Source of the DNA: Monocercomonoides exilis PA203
Lineage: Eukaryota > Protista > Preaxostyla
Assembly: GCA_001643675.2 (NCBI GenBank)
Contig: LSRY02000039.1
Coordinates: forward strand, 868,001 to 932,000
Length of the DNA: 64,000 nt
Reading direction: 5' to 3'
The notes under the pieces are model-generated. The model saw nothing but the letters and a program-made list of their open reading frames with translations, was not told the origin of the DNA and searched no databases. Within the stretch, counting starts at the first letter, position 1. Each line of letters opens with the position of its first letter. A program made the translations under genes and the position numbers. Positions 47,001-60,030 of this stretch are shown piece after piece.

Positions 47001-50000
47001 TGCTTCTGTTGCTGTTCTTCTCTCTCATCAGCGCTTCTCCTGTTGAGTCACTGATGCTTTGCCTTCTCATCCCATCTACAACTACGCCTGCTCCTCCTTT
47101 TGGCCTCATCTGATTTTGTTGTTGTTGTTGAATCTTTGTCATCTCTTCGATGTCGTTCAGTCCAATCACCTCATCAAACGTTGCGTCTCTTTCATCGCTT
47201 TCTTTTCTGTCTTCTTCATTCACTTTTCCTGCTTCGCTATTTGTTTCCTTCGCATTCTCATTCGCCTTCTCGTCGTTGCTGTCCTCCATCATCGCCTTCT
47301 CTATCACCTCCCACACTTGCTTGTCGCTCTGCACCGCTCCAACATTCCCTGCATTCCCCACAACTCTCTCAAATCTCCTCTCTTCCTCTTCTCTTCCTTC
47401 TCCTCCACTCACACCAGCTCCAACTCCAATGCCATTATGTCCATTCAGCTCCATCACACCCAGCACAGGCGACAGCCGCGTATTCGACGCTGAGTCTGGC
47501 GGAGGCGAGCCAGAACGCGATCGCGCTGAGTCCTGCTGCGAATGATGGCTTGATTGGCCAGAAGAGCCAGAGGAAGCAGAAGAGGCGGAGGAAGCAGAAG
47601 AAGCAGACACAACAGAGTTTCTGTGGTCGCACAGGGCAGTTGACTCGCCGTTGATGGCAGACGTGCCCATCCGCTGCATCTTGCTGTTGATCAATGACAG
47701 CTCATTCGGTGAGTTGAAGTCCAAATCATCCGAACGCTCTGAAAACGACCTCCCTTCCAACCCACCAGACAATGCATCTTCTTCTCCTCCTCTTCCTCCT
47801 CTTCCTTCCTTCTCTGCTCTTCTTCTTTCTTCCTCCTGCTGTTGCTGCTGATCCTGCTGCTCTCCCTCATCCTCCTCTTTGCCCATCCAACTCCCCTCCA
47901 CAACTCCTTTCTCTCCACTCACACTCCCACTGCCTGTGCCATACTCCTTCACCAGCTGCGATGTACTGTCTCTTATCTGACTTGAGCTCTTCTGCATCGA
48001 ATGTGCATCGCTCTGCTCATCCAACACACCCCCGTCGTTGTATTGCTCATCGTTGTACATATCCCCAGCTCCGTTCTGCCCTTCTGTGGATGCATCGTCT
48101 TCTCCATTTTCGCTTTGCAGCAGTCTCCTTATGATAGCTTGAATGTCGCTTTTGGGCACTTCCACGAGCATTCTCAGTGCATTTGCCCTGTTGTTGTTGA
48201 GATACTTCGCAATAAACACGAAAATCAGCGAAGAAGCGCCGAAGCAAATTGTGCCTGCAACTAAGCAGCAGAGCAGCAGATTCACTCTGCTTTTTTTAAC
48301 AACAGTGTTTGTCTCCTCCATATACGACTCCAGCGCTCTCTTCAGCCCATCAGTGCAAGGCAGGATGGTGTCATACATCATCATCAGCAGATGCTCCTCC
48401 AACATCGGCATTTCCCAGGGGGCATTCCCTTTCATCACAATCTGCCGCGCATTCTGAGTAATGCTGATGAGCACATCCATCAGAGAGTCCATCGAAATCG
48501 TCTGCGACACAATCTGCTTCGCGACCCGGTCGAAGCTGAAGATCGTCACGGGAATCGTCTTCGTCTCCCACGGTGTCATATCCGATGCCAATGAAGACAC
48601 TTGTGTAAGCTTGCCTTGCTGACACTCCGAAACCTGCTGGAAGATTGTTTGAAGAGCAGAAAGTGTCTGGATTCCGATGGTTGTATCATTCACTTTTGTC
48701 CAGTTGTACTCCATCTCGTGTATCAGCATCTGAATGGCAGTGGTGCAGTACTTGTTTGTGTCTGACGCAATGTGCGCAATGATGCCCAGGTTCTTCAAAC
48801 ATGTCTGGATTTTGCGGCAGTTGTTCACAAAAAAGGCGCAGGCGATAATCAGAATGATGATGTACAGAATGTGCAGCAGCATGAGCAACAAAGTGGAGAC
48901 AATCTGAATTCTTTTGGAGTTGCTTTCGTTCCCGTTGATCAGCAAGTCCTGCATCTGCGCCTCTACATCCGTCTTCTTCTTCTTCTTTTTCTTCTTCAGC
49001 GGCGGCTTTGCGTGTGTCGATCGTGAACGAGACGTCTTTCGTGGGTCTCCATCGTTGAACGAGTTGTGGTGAACCAGCCCAGGCGAGCGTGGCTGGTTAG
49101 ACCCAGCTGTCTGCATCTGACTGCCGTGTGCCTCTCCCCTCGTTCCATCGTCGCCCATCCCAACACTCAGCCCTATTGAAGCACCCATCGTGACGCTGTC
49201 TTCCATCTGGTCTGCGCGGTTGAAGATGATCTCAGCTGTATCGTCATCGTTGTAGATGTCCAACAGCAACTGCCCGTACATCCTCAAAATCTGCGTGTTC
49301 GTCGGATACGACCGCAGCAGCTCCTCAAAACAGCGCCGGCTTTCTGCCTCGCAATCCACCACAGTTGCCAGCTGCTCCACAATCGCTTCGAAGTTCGGGT
49401 TCTGTGTCGCCATCGCCTCCCACATCTCCTTCAGCGCCGTCTTCGCACTCACCCGCTGGTCTTCTGCTTGGTTGAGTAGCGCCTTGAATGTGAGAGATGT
49501 GAGCTCTGACCCGTTCCCTGCTGCTCCGCCTTCGCCCGCGGGGCCAAACGCCTTCCCGCCTTCCTTCGTCTTGCAGTACAAGATGAACTTCAGGTTAATG
49601 GAAGGAGACGCAATCCTGCTCTGTCTGTATGCCATGCCAGCTTTGACGCTGTTCTTGCGGTAGAACGTGAGGAAGTTGGCGTACTCGAAGTGCAGCTGGG
49701 CGTTGTCCTTGTGCCGCATCAGCGCCTTCGTGTAGACCATCTCCGCATACGACAGCATCGTGCTGTCTCTGTATCTTTTGTTCTGCAGAAAGCGCATACT
49801 CTTCTCCACAAGCGACGGATCCTTCATTTTCAGTGGAAAACCCGCCCCACTTCCGCCGCTTGCCCCACTCCCTGAGCCATCTCCTCCAGATGCCCCCGTC
49901 GAAATGCTCGGAAGCGGAAACGACTGCGGCGACGGGCAGGATGGAGTGATAGAAAGACCGATGTTGGCAGAGGAGGACGTTGCTGATGGTGGCGTTTGAA

Positions 50001-51243
50001 CAAGCGGCATGGCTAGCCCCGAGGCGTCTGGAAAGGCGCCTGGCAGGGAGCTGTTGCGACCGTGGGGCATCGACGATGCAATGTGCGCTGTCATTTCGAG
50101 GACAGACATCTCAATCAGCGGCTTCCCTTCAGACGTCAGCAGGAACAGCCGCTTTCTCCGCCGGTTGACGAAATAGACACACATGATGCTCAGCGCTACG
50201 CTGGCAAGAGCTCCAATCAGATAGAATATCCACACATATTCCGGGTATTTCTCCTCAAGCGCTATCCAGCCAATCTCTTGGAACAGTCTCATTGACCCGA
50301 AAATGACATAACGAATGCACATTAGACTGTTTCCCATCAGGTGATAGAACGGCTGCTTGCTGATTGTGTAGAAGATAAGCAGAAGGCTGGTTGCTACAGT
50401 TACAAAGCCACGCCAAAATGGCCACCCAGTGAGCATCCTCATCGCGAAAATAAGTCCAAATACAAGCGTTCTCTCAAATACATTGCATATCCCACTCGAT
50501 GAGCTAAAAATTCCACCATTCTTTGGATTGTGATTGAAATACAGAAGAGAAAATATATTTCCGAAAAGAAATACAACAATTAAGCTGAGGAGCGAACAGA
50601 TGAAGCTTGCTATCTGAAGAACATCAGAATCCAAGCAGGACAACTGACCAAAGCGAGTTACAAGTCCGTCGCTTGATGAAAAACATTCAAATGCTGATAT
50701 ATCACTCGTTATGATTGGAATATAAACAATATTAATAGAGAAGCTAACGAGCCATCTTAAAAGTGAAATGATCCAAGGTTGTGACCCAACAATTTTCTTA
50801 AAGAAAATCGCAACTATCGCCTGATAAAGAAGAAGCATAACATTATATCCAATCATGCAAAAAATAATATATGGAAACGCTTTTCCCAAAAGATTTGAAA
50901 ATGATGTTGCATCAATAAAGCCGATATAAAACGCAAGATTATCCACAGTTTCAGTTCCTGGTTTGAGGTGATAAAAAGAAATAGATAATAACTCAAGAGT
51001 TCCATATAGCCATAAAATAAAGGCCCAAGTGCTACTGGGATGTTTTTTCTGTGTATAGAGCATTAAAGAAACAAAATATTAAGGCAGACAACAAAAATTG
51101 TAAAAAAAGAAAACCTGCTCATAAATTGGATAAAAGAAGGAAAATATAAGTTCTTCTTTGTGTGAAAATGTTTCCTCTTTCTGTGTAGCTATAGCAGCAG
51201 CACTTCCAGTTGATGCAACGCTCTTTGTTTCATTGTCGTTCAT
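44047..51243 (-). CDS. TmcB/TmcC-like polytopic membrane protein with TPR-like region and C-terminal hemerythrin-like domain (~2376 aa)
   Basis: Exon 51115-51243, 66-nt intron 51049-51114, exon 44047-51048. About 8 N-terminal TM segments; TPR-like LHFEYANFL and ELLRSYPTNTQILRMYGQLLLDIYND; two further TM pairs; C-terminal QFTEEEKEMAQAGYSEFKEHSADH...KHFTDDDIKY. Confidence 0.85.
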
Positions 51244-51420
51244 TTTTTCTAATCTTACTATGGGATAATTGAAAATATCAAAAACGAGCCTGCGATTCGT
51301 TATTATCGCATTTGATTTAGTCAAAAAACATAGCTGGAATCTCTGAAAAAAGAGTTCATTTTTCAACAGTTTGATCAAAAAGAAAAAATTTATTTATCTT
51401 TGAGAATTCATTTGATCAAA
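51244..51420. promoter_or_regulatory. Probable compact bidirectional promoter
   Basis: 177 bp between divergent ATGs (51243 minus, 51421 plus). Confidence 0.45.
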
Positions 51421-52015
51421 ATGTTAACACCACTCAAAATAGTAATCTTAGCTGTTTGCGCGACATGGTATGATAACTTTATATCCTTTTGATTTTTATG
51501 ACTTATTTCCGTTTTTAGTGGCCTAACTTGCACAATCGTTGGATGTGCTGTTGGCAACAATTGGTGGTGCTTGTTTGGGTACGTGTTCTTGGCGTGTGCA
51601 GCAATTTGCTTGTTTATCTACTCACAATACATGGGAAGCGCTGATTTAACGTTTGAATGATATTTGAGTTTATGTTTAATAAATTATTTATGTGAATTTA
51701 TAATTAAAAAGTTCACATCATTTCTTCATGCTATTGGGTGGAATAATCCTGCTAATTTCAGGACTCGCTTTGATGCTTGTTTTATATCACGGGAAAGTGG
51801 TTTGTTTTTGATTTCAATCAAAAATTCACTTGAATTTTCGTGATTTTTCAATTTAAAACTATTTTTTTAATCTCATAATGTAGTATCAAGCACTTGTGGT
51901 TTTGATACTGAATGTTATTGGTTATACTATTTTCATTGTAACCGCTGTGCTTGCATTGCTTTTGGATAAACCAAGTGGAAGTTCGGGAGGAATTCCAGCC
52001 TTTGTGTATGGATAG
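51421..52015 (+). CDS. VPS55: Vps55/LEPROT(OB-RGRP)-like small four-TM endosomal protein, 4 exons
   Basis: Not in the ORF track. Spliced reading MLTPLKIVILAVCATCGLTCTIVGCAVGNNWWCLFGYVF...LISGLALMLVLYHGKV...; GCA..NNWW.LF and L.LVL.H match the Vps55 pattern. Confidence 0.72.
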
Positions 52016-53177
52016 TCAGATATAAAGCTTTATTTTTTAAATAAAAAATTAGAAAAAATATCTCATTGAACTTTTAAGCATTTTTGTTAATGATTTTTTT
52101 CATCAGTATTTGCTTATTTTATCGTTTTCGATTATGTATCAAAGTTATTAGTTTTTTAGATTTTTAACAGTATTCTTTTTAAAATTTTTTGGTTTGACAT
52201 TGTTTTTGTGGAATTTAACACATTATAAAGCATCAACCTTTTTCCTTTCTCTTTATATTTTTGAGTGTTGTTTGTAACATGAAGAAATAAAAAGAATTGC
52301 TAAAAGAGTGGAAAATTGATCATCAAAAAAATGATGATCTGAAAAATACAAAAAGGCAGATAGAAATCTTTCTGAAATGGAAAAGAACTTTGAACAAAAA
52401 GAATTTTTGATTAAAAAAAGAAAAGAAAACCTTGGGAAAGAAACGAAAAAAATAGATTGAATATGATGAAAATATTTACATCAAACACGACGAGCTTAAA
52501 CTTATTCTCAAATGTGCGACAAAATGAACAAGTCAAAATCGGATGGCCTGAAAAATCGAAACAAAAAGGTTTAAGGATATTAGTTTCATATTCAACAAGA
52601 GATGGCACAATTCTATTCTTTTATATTTTATTTGCTCATTTGCATTCACATAAACAGTTATAAAATCAATGAACTTTTGAAAAGGAAAAAATTTTTATAA
52701 GAAAAAAAACATGCAAGCACACTTTAATAATCTTGTCAAAAGAATAAAGGAAATTATGCTCCAGATAAAAAGAATGAATGTTTAGAAGAAAGAAGAAAAA
52801 GAAAAGCAGATTTTTCAACTAATTTCAAAGCGAATGCAAAACATGCATCAAAAAAGAAAGCATCAAACACATTTCGAACGAGAAATGAAAAGATAATTCA
52901 ACAATAAAAAGCACATAATAAAAAATTAAAATAAATAAAATAAGAATAAGAAAAAATAAATAAAAATAAATAAATAAAAATAGACATGTTTTATATTTCA
53001 AAATAGACTTTGTAAATAACAAATGAATAAATAATAACAAGACATTCATCTTATAAATAAAGATTTTCTCATAAAAATCAAATGTCATTGAACATCAATT
53101 TAACAAGAAGCAAAGAAAGATAAATTGAGAGTGAAAGAGAGAGAAATAGAGAGAAAGAGAAAGAGAAAGAGAAAGAG

Positions 53178-53215
<38 letters not shown>

Positions 53216-53219
53216 AGAG

Positions 53220-53254
<35 letters not shown>

Positions 53255-53756
53255 GAAAGAGAAAGAGAAAGAGAAAGAGAAAGAAAGAAATAGATAAGGG
53301 GAAAAAAATGAATTATGAAAGGAAAAAAAAACATTCTGATAGAAAATTAAACCTCAAACCCAAATAAGAATGAAAAATCGAGTGAAAGCGACAAAAAATG
53401 CAAGTGTGAAACAAAAAGACTCATTGAAACAAGTTGGAATAAAACAAAAAACAGAAAATTGAATAAAGAAAATAGAAACACAGAAACACAGAAATAGCTA
53501 AATAAATAATGAACGCTATATATTTGCATGCAACTTAAACAAAGAACAGTTCTAGATACAACATTTCTATATATGTGAAGCTAAATAAGAGAAGAAAAGA
53601 AAAGAAAAGAAAATGAAATAATAACCATAATAATAATAATAATAATAAAATAATCTATCTATATGAACAATATTGCTATGCTTCTTTATCAAATTCTTAT
53701 TCTCATTTTACTTTTATTTAACTTAATTTTTTTACATTTTATTTTTGAATGAGAAA

Positions 53757-54171
53757 TCAGTCAAAACCTCTCACCCACTCAAGTGTCAGCCGCTCTGGAT
53801 GGAAGCGAGGGTACTTCGAAGATGAAGATGAAGATGAAGGAGGAGAATTCGAGTTTGTGTCTGAAGATGAAGATGAAGATGAAGATGAATTAGAATCAGA
53901 ATTTGCGCTGGAATTGGCAGAAGACGATGAACTGTTCGTATTCTTCGCATCTGCTTCTCCTTCCATCGCGCCTGCTTTCTCTTGTTTCCCCACACCCAAA
54001 CACGAATTTGTAGCTTCACCTGAATTTTGACTTGCAATTTGTGTTGTTGTTGAATTCTTGCCTGTTTTGAGGGAGGCAGAGGCAGTTGACACACGCGACG
54101 ATATCTTTGGAGAGCGCACAGAGCGAGTGGCTGTGGAAGAGGATGGGACATACGATGAGAGAGAAGAAGAG

Positions 54172-54203
<32 letters not shown>

Positions 54204-55562
54204 TTGCATTGAAGAAGAAGAAGAAAATGTAGAAGAAGAAGCAAAATCCGTGTCAGATGAAGGAAAGCTGATGGGAGAAGTGATTGCAGGTGATTGGAGA
54301 AGAGGGTCTGTTGGGTGGACTGGCTGAGGAGATATGATTGAAGAAGAAGAAGAAGAAGAATGAGAAGAAGAGGAGGAGGAAGAGGACAATGAAGGTAACT
54401 GAGGCTTAATAATCTGCGAGACCATAGGAAGTTGTTGAAGAAGTTAATTAGATAAAGATTGTGAATATGAAATTATAATGACGATAATTTTCAAAAAGGA
54501 TAAGCAAAAAGAAAGATTTCAATAGAAATGAAATGAACACAACGAATAAGCAAACATTTCTGGGAGTTGGGTCAAACAGAGTTGCTTGTGCAATCCCATC
54601 AAAATCAGTTGCAGCATGAGAATGTCTTTGGAATATGATAAAAGAAAGAAAGAAAGAAATTAATAAATAGACATTCAACAAATAGAGAGAAATAGAAGAA
54701 ATTTGAGAATGATTGAATGAAAGTCAAATGAAAATTGAAAGATTAAAAGAGAAAGAAAGAAAGAAAAATGAAAAGATAATGTTGATGTTAAAAAAAGAAA
54801 GAAAATAACAAATCAAAGTTTCGTACCTGTCTTGATACATGAGTACTTCCCATCGTGTGTTCAGTGGGTGTAGTGCACTTGCAGCAGAAGAAGGAGAAAA
54901 CTGAGGAGAAAGGCAGTTGTGCCTGATATCGACTGTCTTGAGATGTTTGTTAGAGGAGAGGAGAAAGAGAAGGGCAGTGACTCCTGAAAAGAAGAAGTGT
55001 AGAACATATTAAACATGATGATGATGATGATGACATTGGTGTTATTTTAATGAAAAGAATGAAGAGGAAAATAAAAAAACAGAAGTTGAATGAAATTTAT
55101 CAGAAAACAACATATTCATAAAACATTCAATTTATTGATGGAAAAACAAGAGAGTGAAAGAAAGAAAGAGAGAGAAAGAAAGAAAGAGAGAGAGATAGAT
55201 AGAGAGAAAGAGAGAAAGAGAGAAAGAAAGAAATAGAAGACAATTGATATTCAATAACATCAATTTCAATTTTTATCTCACCATTCTCAAACCTTCTTCA
55301 GTGATTTTGTTGTGGTTCAGATTCAGCTCTTCCAGACATGTGTTCCTGCTGAGCGTATCTTTGATATGCTCTGCACAAATGTTGGTTAATTTATTTCTAA
55401 TTGAAAAAGATAAAGAAAAGTGGAATTATAAAAAAGATATAAAAAATTATGAAAATATAAAACGATTCAGAAATTGTTGTCATAAAGAAATAATATTAAT
55501 CAACAACATCCAAATTTCTCAAAATATAATGCATTATTGCCATTTTCTCTATTTATAACAAA

Positions 55563-55613
<51 letters not shown>

Positions 55614-58600
55614 TTCTTCACACCTCTCTAAATTCAGCACTCTCACACTGCCCTGCTCCCCCACCGCCTCCAACACAGGCGCTGCCCCCGCGTCTTCCAG
55701 CCCACACGCCCCCAAATCCAACACCTGCAGCACACAAAAGCGGCTCCTCAGATACTCCCCCAGCATCTTCACTCCATCCAGCACTGCTTCTCTGCCTTGG
55801 TGGCACAGTGATGCATTGCCTCTGAGGGAAAGCAAGGTGATTCTGAAGGCTGTTGGCGATGTGTCGAGCAGGCCGGCGGAGAGATGAGCGAGAGAAGAGG
55901 AGCGGAGGTCGTTGGTGTCGAGGATGATGGAGGAGAGCGGGTGGGGTGGGATGTGGATGAGGGAGGAGGAGAAGGAAGAGGAAGAGGAAGAAGATGAAGA
56001 GGAGGAAGTAGCAGTAGAGGAGAAAGAGGAGGAGAACAATGAAGGAGATGATGATGATGGTGATGAATGTGTTTGGTTGGAAGAAGAGATATCTGATAAT
56101 TCTGTTAGAAATGGGTATGAAGAGGAAGAAGAAGAAGAAGAAGAAAAAGCAAATGGCAGAGAAAGAGGAGATGAAGAATTCGACGGGAGTGAAATAGGAG
56201 AAGTATACAACGGAGTCATCAGAGGTAACGATTGGGGTGATGTGTAAGCAGAAGAAGAGGAAGAAGAGGTAGAGGAGGAGGAGGAAGCAGAAAAAGGTGA
56301 AGTGCCAAGAGGAGGGATAAGAGGAGAAGAGGAATATGAAGACGAGGAGGAAGAGGAGGAAGAGGAGGAAGAAAAAATTGAAGAAGAAGAAGAAGAAGAA
56401 AGAGCAGGGTAAGTTGGTGTGCGTAGTGAGTCCACCAAATATGGAGAATGCAACATCATGTTTTCGTTGCTGCTTCTGTTGTTGCCTGCGCCCGGAGACA
56501 AAGAATGAGGCTGAGGAGAAGGCGAATGGGAAGGAGAAGAAGCAGCAGAGCGGGTGTGGTTTGGAGCAGCTGGATGAGCGTGATAGAAGGATGGGCTGGT
56601 GCTCTGAAGAGGAGAAGAGGAGGAGGAAGATGAGGAAGAGGAATAATCGAATGAGCGAAGAGATTCAGGGAGGGTGAAAAGAGAGGTGGAGGCTGCTTCG
56701 TTGAATGTGGGAATGGAAGGAGCAGAAGAAGAAGAAGAAATGGAAGGAATGGAAGAGGAGGAAGAGGAGGAAGAAGAAGAAGTCAGAGAAATAGAAGAGG
56801 CCGAGATCGAGTTTGCGTGTATGCTCTTCAGCTTCGGCGAAGGCGAGGTGTATTTCGAGTGCTGGGCAGGTGAATGTGACTGTGAGTGTCTTCCTTTGAG
56901 CTGCCTCGTGGGCGACAAATGACTCACTCTCCTTAGCTCTGGCGACGCCACCTGGCGATACGGCACACGGCGCGTCGTCAGCGGCACCTCAAACAGCTCT
57001 CCTTCTCTGCTGCCTCTCTCTTTGCTCTTGCTTCTGCTGTTGATGCTGTTATTACTGTTACTCATATTGCTGTTGATACTACTGCCATTGCTTTCTCTTT
57101 CTCTCCCCCGCGCCTCGCTCTTCCCTCCGTTCAGTGCGCTTCTCCTGCTGTTGTTGTTCTCTCTGTTTTCTCCATTCCGCTCGCTTCCTCCATTTCTTTC
57201 GCTTCCTCTTCTTGCTCTTCCTTTCTCTGACTCTTCCCTTCTCCGCTGGGCAGCAGACGTTGAATTGCCCTCTGCATTTTGTGCTGCTCCGCTGCCTGTT
57301 TTCACTTTCAAAGGCGAAAGTGCTGCGAAGCGTGTGACGAAAGGAGAAGTCGAGCGGCTGAGTTTTGATGGAGATGCTGAAGAATTCTTGCGGAGCTGAG
57401 GTGAAGAAGAAGAGGAGGAGGAAGAAGAAGTGGAAGTGGAAGAGGAAGAAGAAGAAGAAGAAGAGAGAAAAGGAAGAGAGGGAGGAGGCGAAGGAGAAGG
57501 GGAAGTTGAAGAGAACGAAGATGGATGTGCGACTGCTGCATGTGCTGTGAATGAGAGTGGAGAGGAAGAGGAAGAAGAAGAAGAAGAAGAAGAGAAAGTG
57601 GAGCTGTAAGACTGGGGAGTGTTTGACTGAGCTGTAGATGATGAAGAATTCGAAGTGGAACAAGAAGAAAGAGACGAGCGAGGTGTTGGTGCAGCAAAAG
57701 ACGACGAAAGAGGAGAAGATGAAGAAACAGCCCCTATTCCGGTAGAGGAGGAGTAAATGCCAGGCGCAGCTGAACCTGTTCCTGATGTTTTTGACATCGA
57801 TGCGTTTCCGCAGTTTGCGTGTTCTTTGTCATTTGGCTTCATTCGTTGGATGGACTTCTGCTGCTCATTCAGCACAAACTGGTTCACAGACTCGCGAAAT
57901 GATCTCATTGATTCTTCTCCCACGTTACAGCGAGAAAGATCAATCGTGCAAAAGTGTGTGTTTGTTGCAAGGCTTTTCATAAGTGCAGAACCTCCTCCAT
58001 CACCAATTGGATTGAACCTAATGTGCACCCGTTGCAAGGGAGGATCTTTCGCTAGATAATCTGACAGTGCCTAAAGGAAATATGCAAGAAAAAATGAATC
58101 CTTTAAATGAATTAAGGAATGAATATACAAACGATTGCTCCATCTTGGTCAATTTGATTACTGTGAATGTCCAAAACTTCCAATGATGTATTTACATTGC
58201 ATTGAAGTGCATTTGTAATTGCAATCAATCCTTGTGAGCCAATTTTGTTCCATTCAAGATTTAAGACTCTTAATGAAACATTTTCCTTTAAGCATTCTGC
58301 AAAATGCTCCGCTCCAAGGGAGCCAAGATGATTGTGCCCAAGATCAACAGATTCAATAGTTTTGTTTGTTTTCAAAATGTTAGATAGACTTATTACTCCA
58401 TTCGCATCTGGAAAAAAAAAATCATATTTTTTGAAGGCGTTTTGAAAAAGCAAAATATTACAAAAATAAATGAAAATACCAAAATTTGTTTGCGCAACAT
58501 CCAAGGTTGTTATGTTTAAACTTCTAGAAGACAGTTGAATGGGAAGTCCAGCCATTTCATACTGAGTTAAAGGTTTCCATCTCAATACGAGAGAATATGA

Positions 58601-58699
58601 TTTTGTTTCTGGGTGATATTGAATGCAATCAGAAAAATCTCCAAATTCACAGCCTTTTGAATAACTGCTATTGCATTGAGATATCATAAAATCCCCCAT
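53757..58699 (-). CDS. Ribonuclease-inhibitor/NLRC3-type leucine-rich-repeat protein with long Ser-rich insertions (multi-exon)
   Basis: LRR units VDLGHNHLGSLGA, LNLEWNKIGSQG, LDIHSNQIDQDG, LDLGACGLEDAGA, LNLERNKL, LNLNHNKITEEG. Introns 58408-58479, 58071-58132, 55397-55623 and others; 3' exon boundaries less certain. Confidence 0.8.
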
Positions 58700-59313
58700 G
58701 AATCAATAAAAAAACTTTTAAAAGATAAATGATGGGGAATTAAAGAAATGAAAATTTTGTGAATCGAATTCTGTTTGGATGAAATATAAATAAAAAGATG
58801 AGAAAAAAGTTTTCAATAACAAATCATTATTGATGGAGTCTATAACCTACAAAGTGTTCAGTTTTGTCAAAAAATTACGATATCAACAAAAAACTTGAAT
58901 GGAACAAATTTTTGTGAATGTGTATGTTATTTCCATTTAATTTCAAAACATACCTGCAGAAGGAAGCAATGCACTACTAACCAAATTCATCTTATTTGTG
59001 TTCTAAAATTTTTATGTTTGTTGTTTCACATAACTTCTATAACTGTCAACTCCTTGATTTGAAAAAAAACAAAACAGAAAAAATTGTATAATATTTTTTA
59101 TTCAGTGTCAAATTTTGATTGAAAAAAATAAATTTGTCACAATTCAAACTCTGATGCATCTGCTTTATCTCCGGCTCCTAAAGAATCAGATTCATCTTCG
59201 GTTTCTTCGTCATTTTAATTTTTAATCATCTTGTCACTTCCATTTGATTCTTCAGTTTCGTTTTTTTCAGTTTCATCCATTTCTTTTTCAACATTTTAGA
59301 TCTTATAAACAAA

Positions 59314-60030
59314 TTATTTTCGAATGAAATCCTTAAATTCAAGTATTTCTGATCTTAATCCAACAAAGCTTGTCACGTAGTCATCAATATATTTTTCTTT
59401 TATTTCATTTCCAGGAAGAGATTTTCGAAAACTTGACCAAGTGCTATCTATCAAATTGAAACAAATACCACTATCTTGATCCACAAAATTGTATTTGTAA
59501 CAAACAGTGTGATGATCAAAACCAAAAGATGACAAAGAGCCGCAAGCTTTCCATTCATCTGAGTAAATGGTTGATTCAATAATTGAATCACTTTCGATAA
59601 TTGGTATTGATGTCTCTTTTTTTCTGTTTTTCACTCTCACAATCTAATATTTCCCTTTCTTTCCATCATGTTTTCTTTCTATCATTCCGAATAACCATGT
59701 CTGTTTCTTTCTCCTTCCTTTTCGAAATTTTCTTTTTCGCAGAATTGCTTCATCTATTTCAATAATTATTCCCGGGCCACAAAGCTTTTCGAATAGAAAG
59801 CAACACTGATTTATTTCTATGAAGATCCAGAAACACAAAAATATCATCATTATTAACTCTATGGGAATTTTTGAATTTTTCAAGGGAGTTAATCCCAACA
59901 ATGAGCAGTATTTTCCTCATCTGTTGCACCTGTAATTTCTGAAATTACAGTTTGCGCAAAAAATACCGAACATCGCAAAAAATATTCGACAAGATCGATT
60001 TCTCAATAACCGCAAGTGGAATAATTCTGT
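59314..60030 (-). mobile_element. Inactive IS1595/ISXO2-like (Merlin-type) DDE transposase remnant
   Basis: GPGIIIEIDE, RKFRKGR, WLFGMIER, TIYSDEWK, HHTV..KYNFVD..SG, NLIDSTW. The two ORFs share a frame, split by TAG at 59644-59646. Broken Cys-motif traces upstream. TIRs not identified. Confidence 0.88.

Noticed and set aside
59314-59901. Bacterial IS1595 insertion or contamination
   Set aside because: Embedded among intron-containing genes with host-like composition; eukaryotic Merlin elements belong to the same family.
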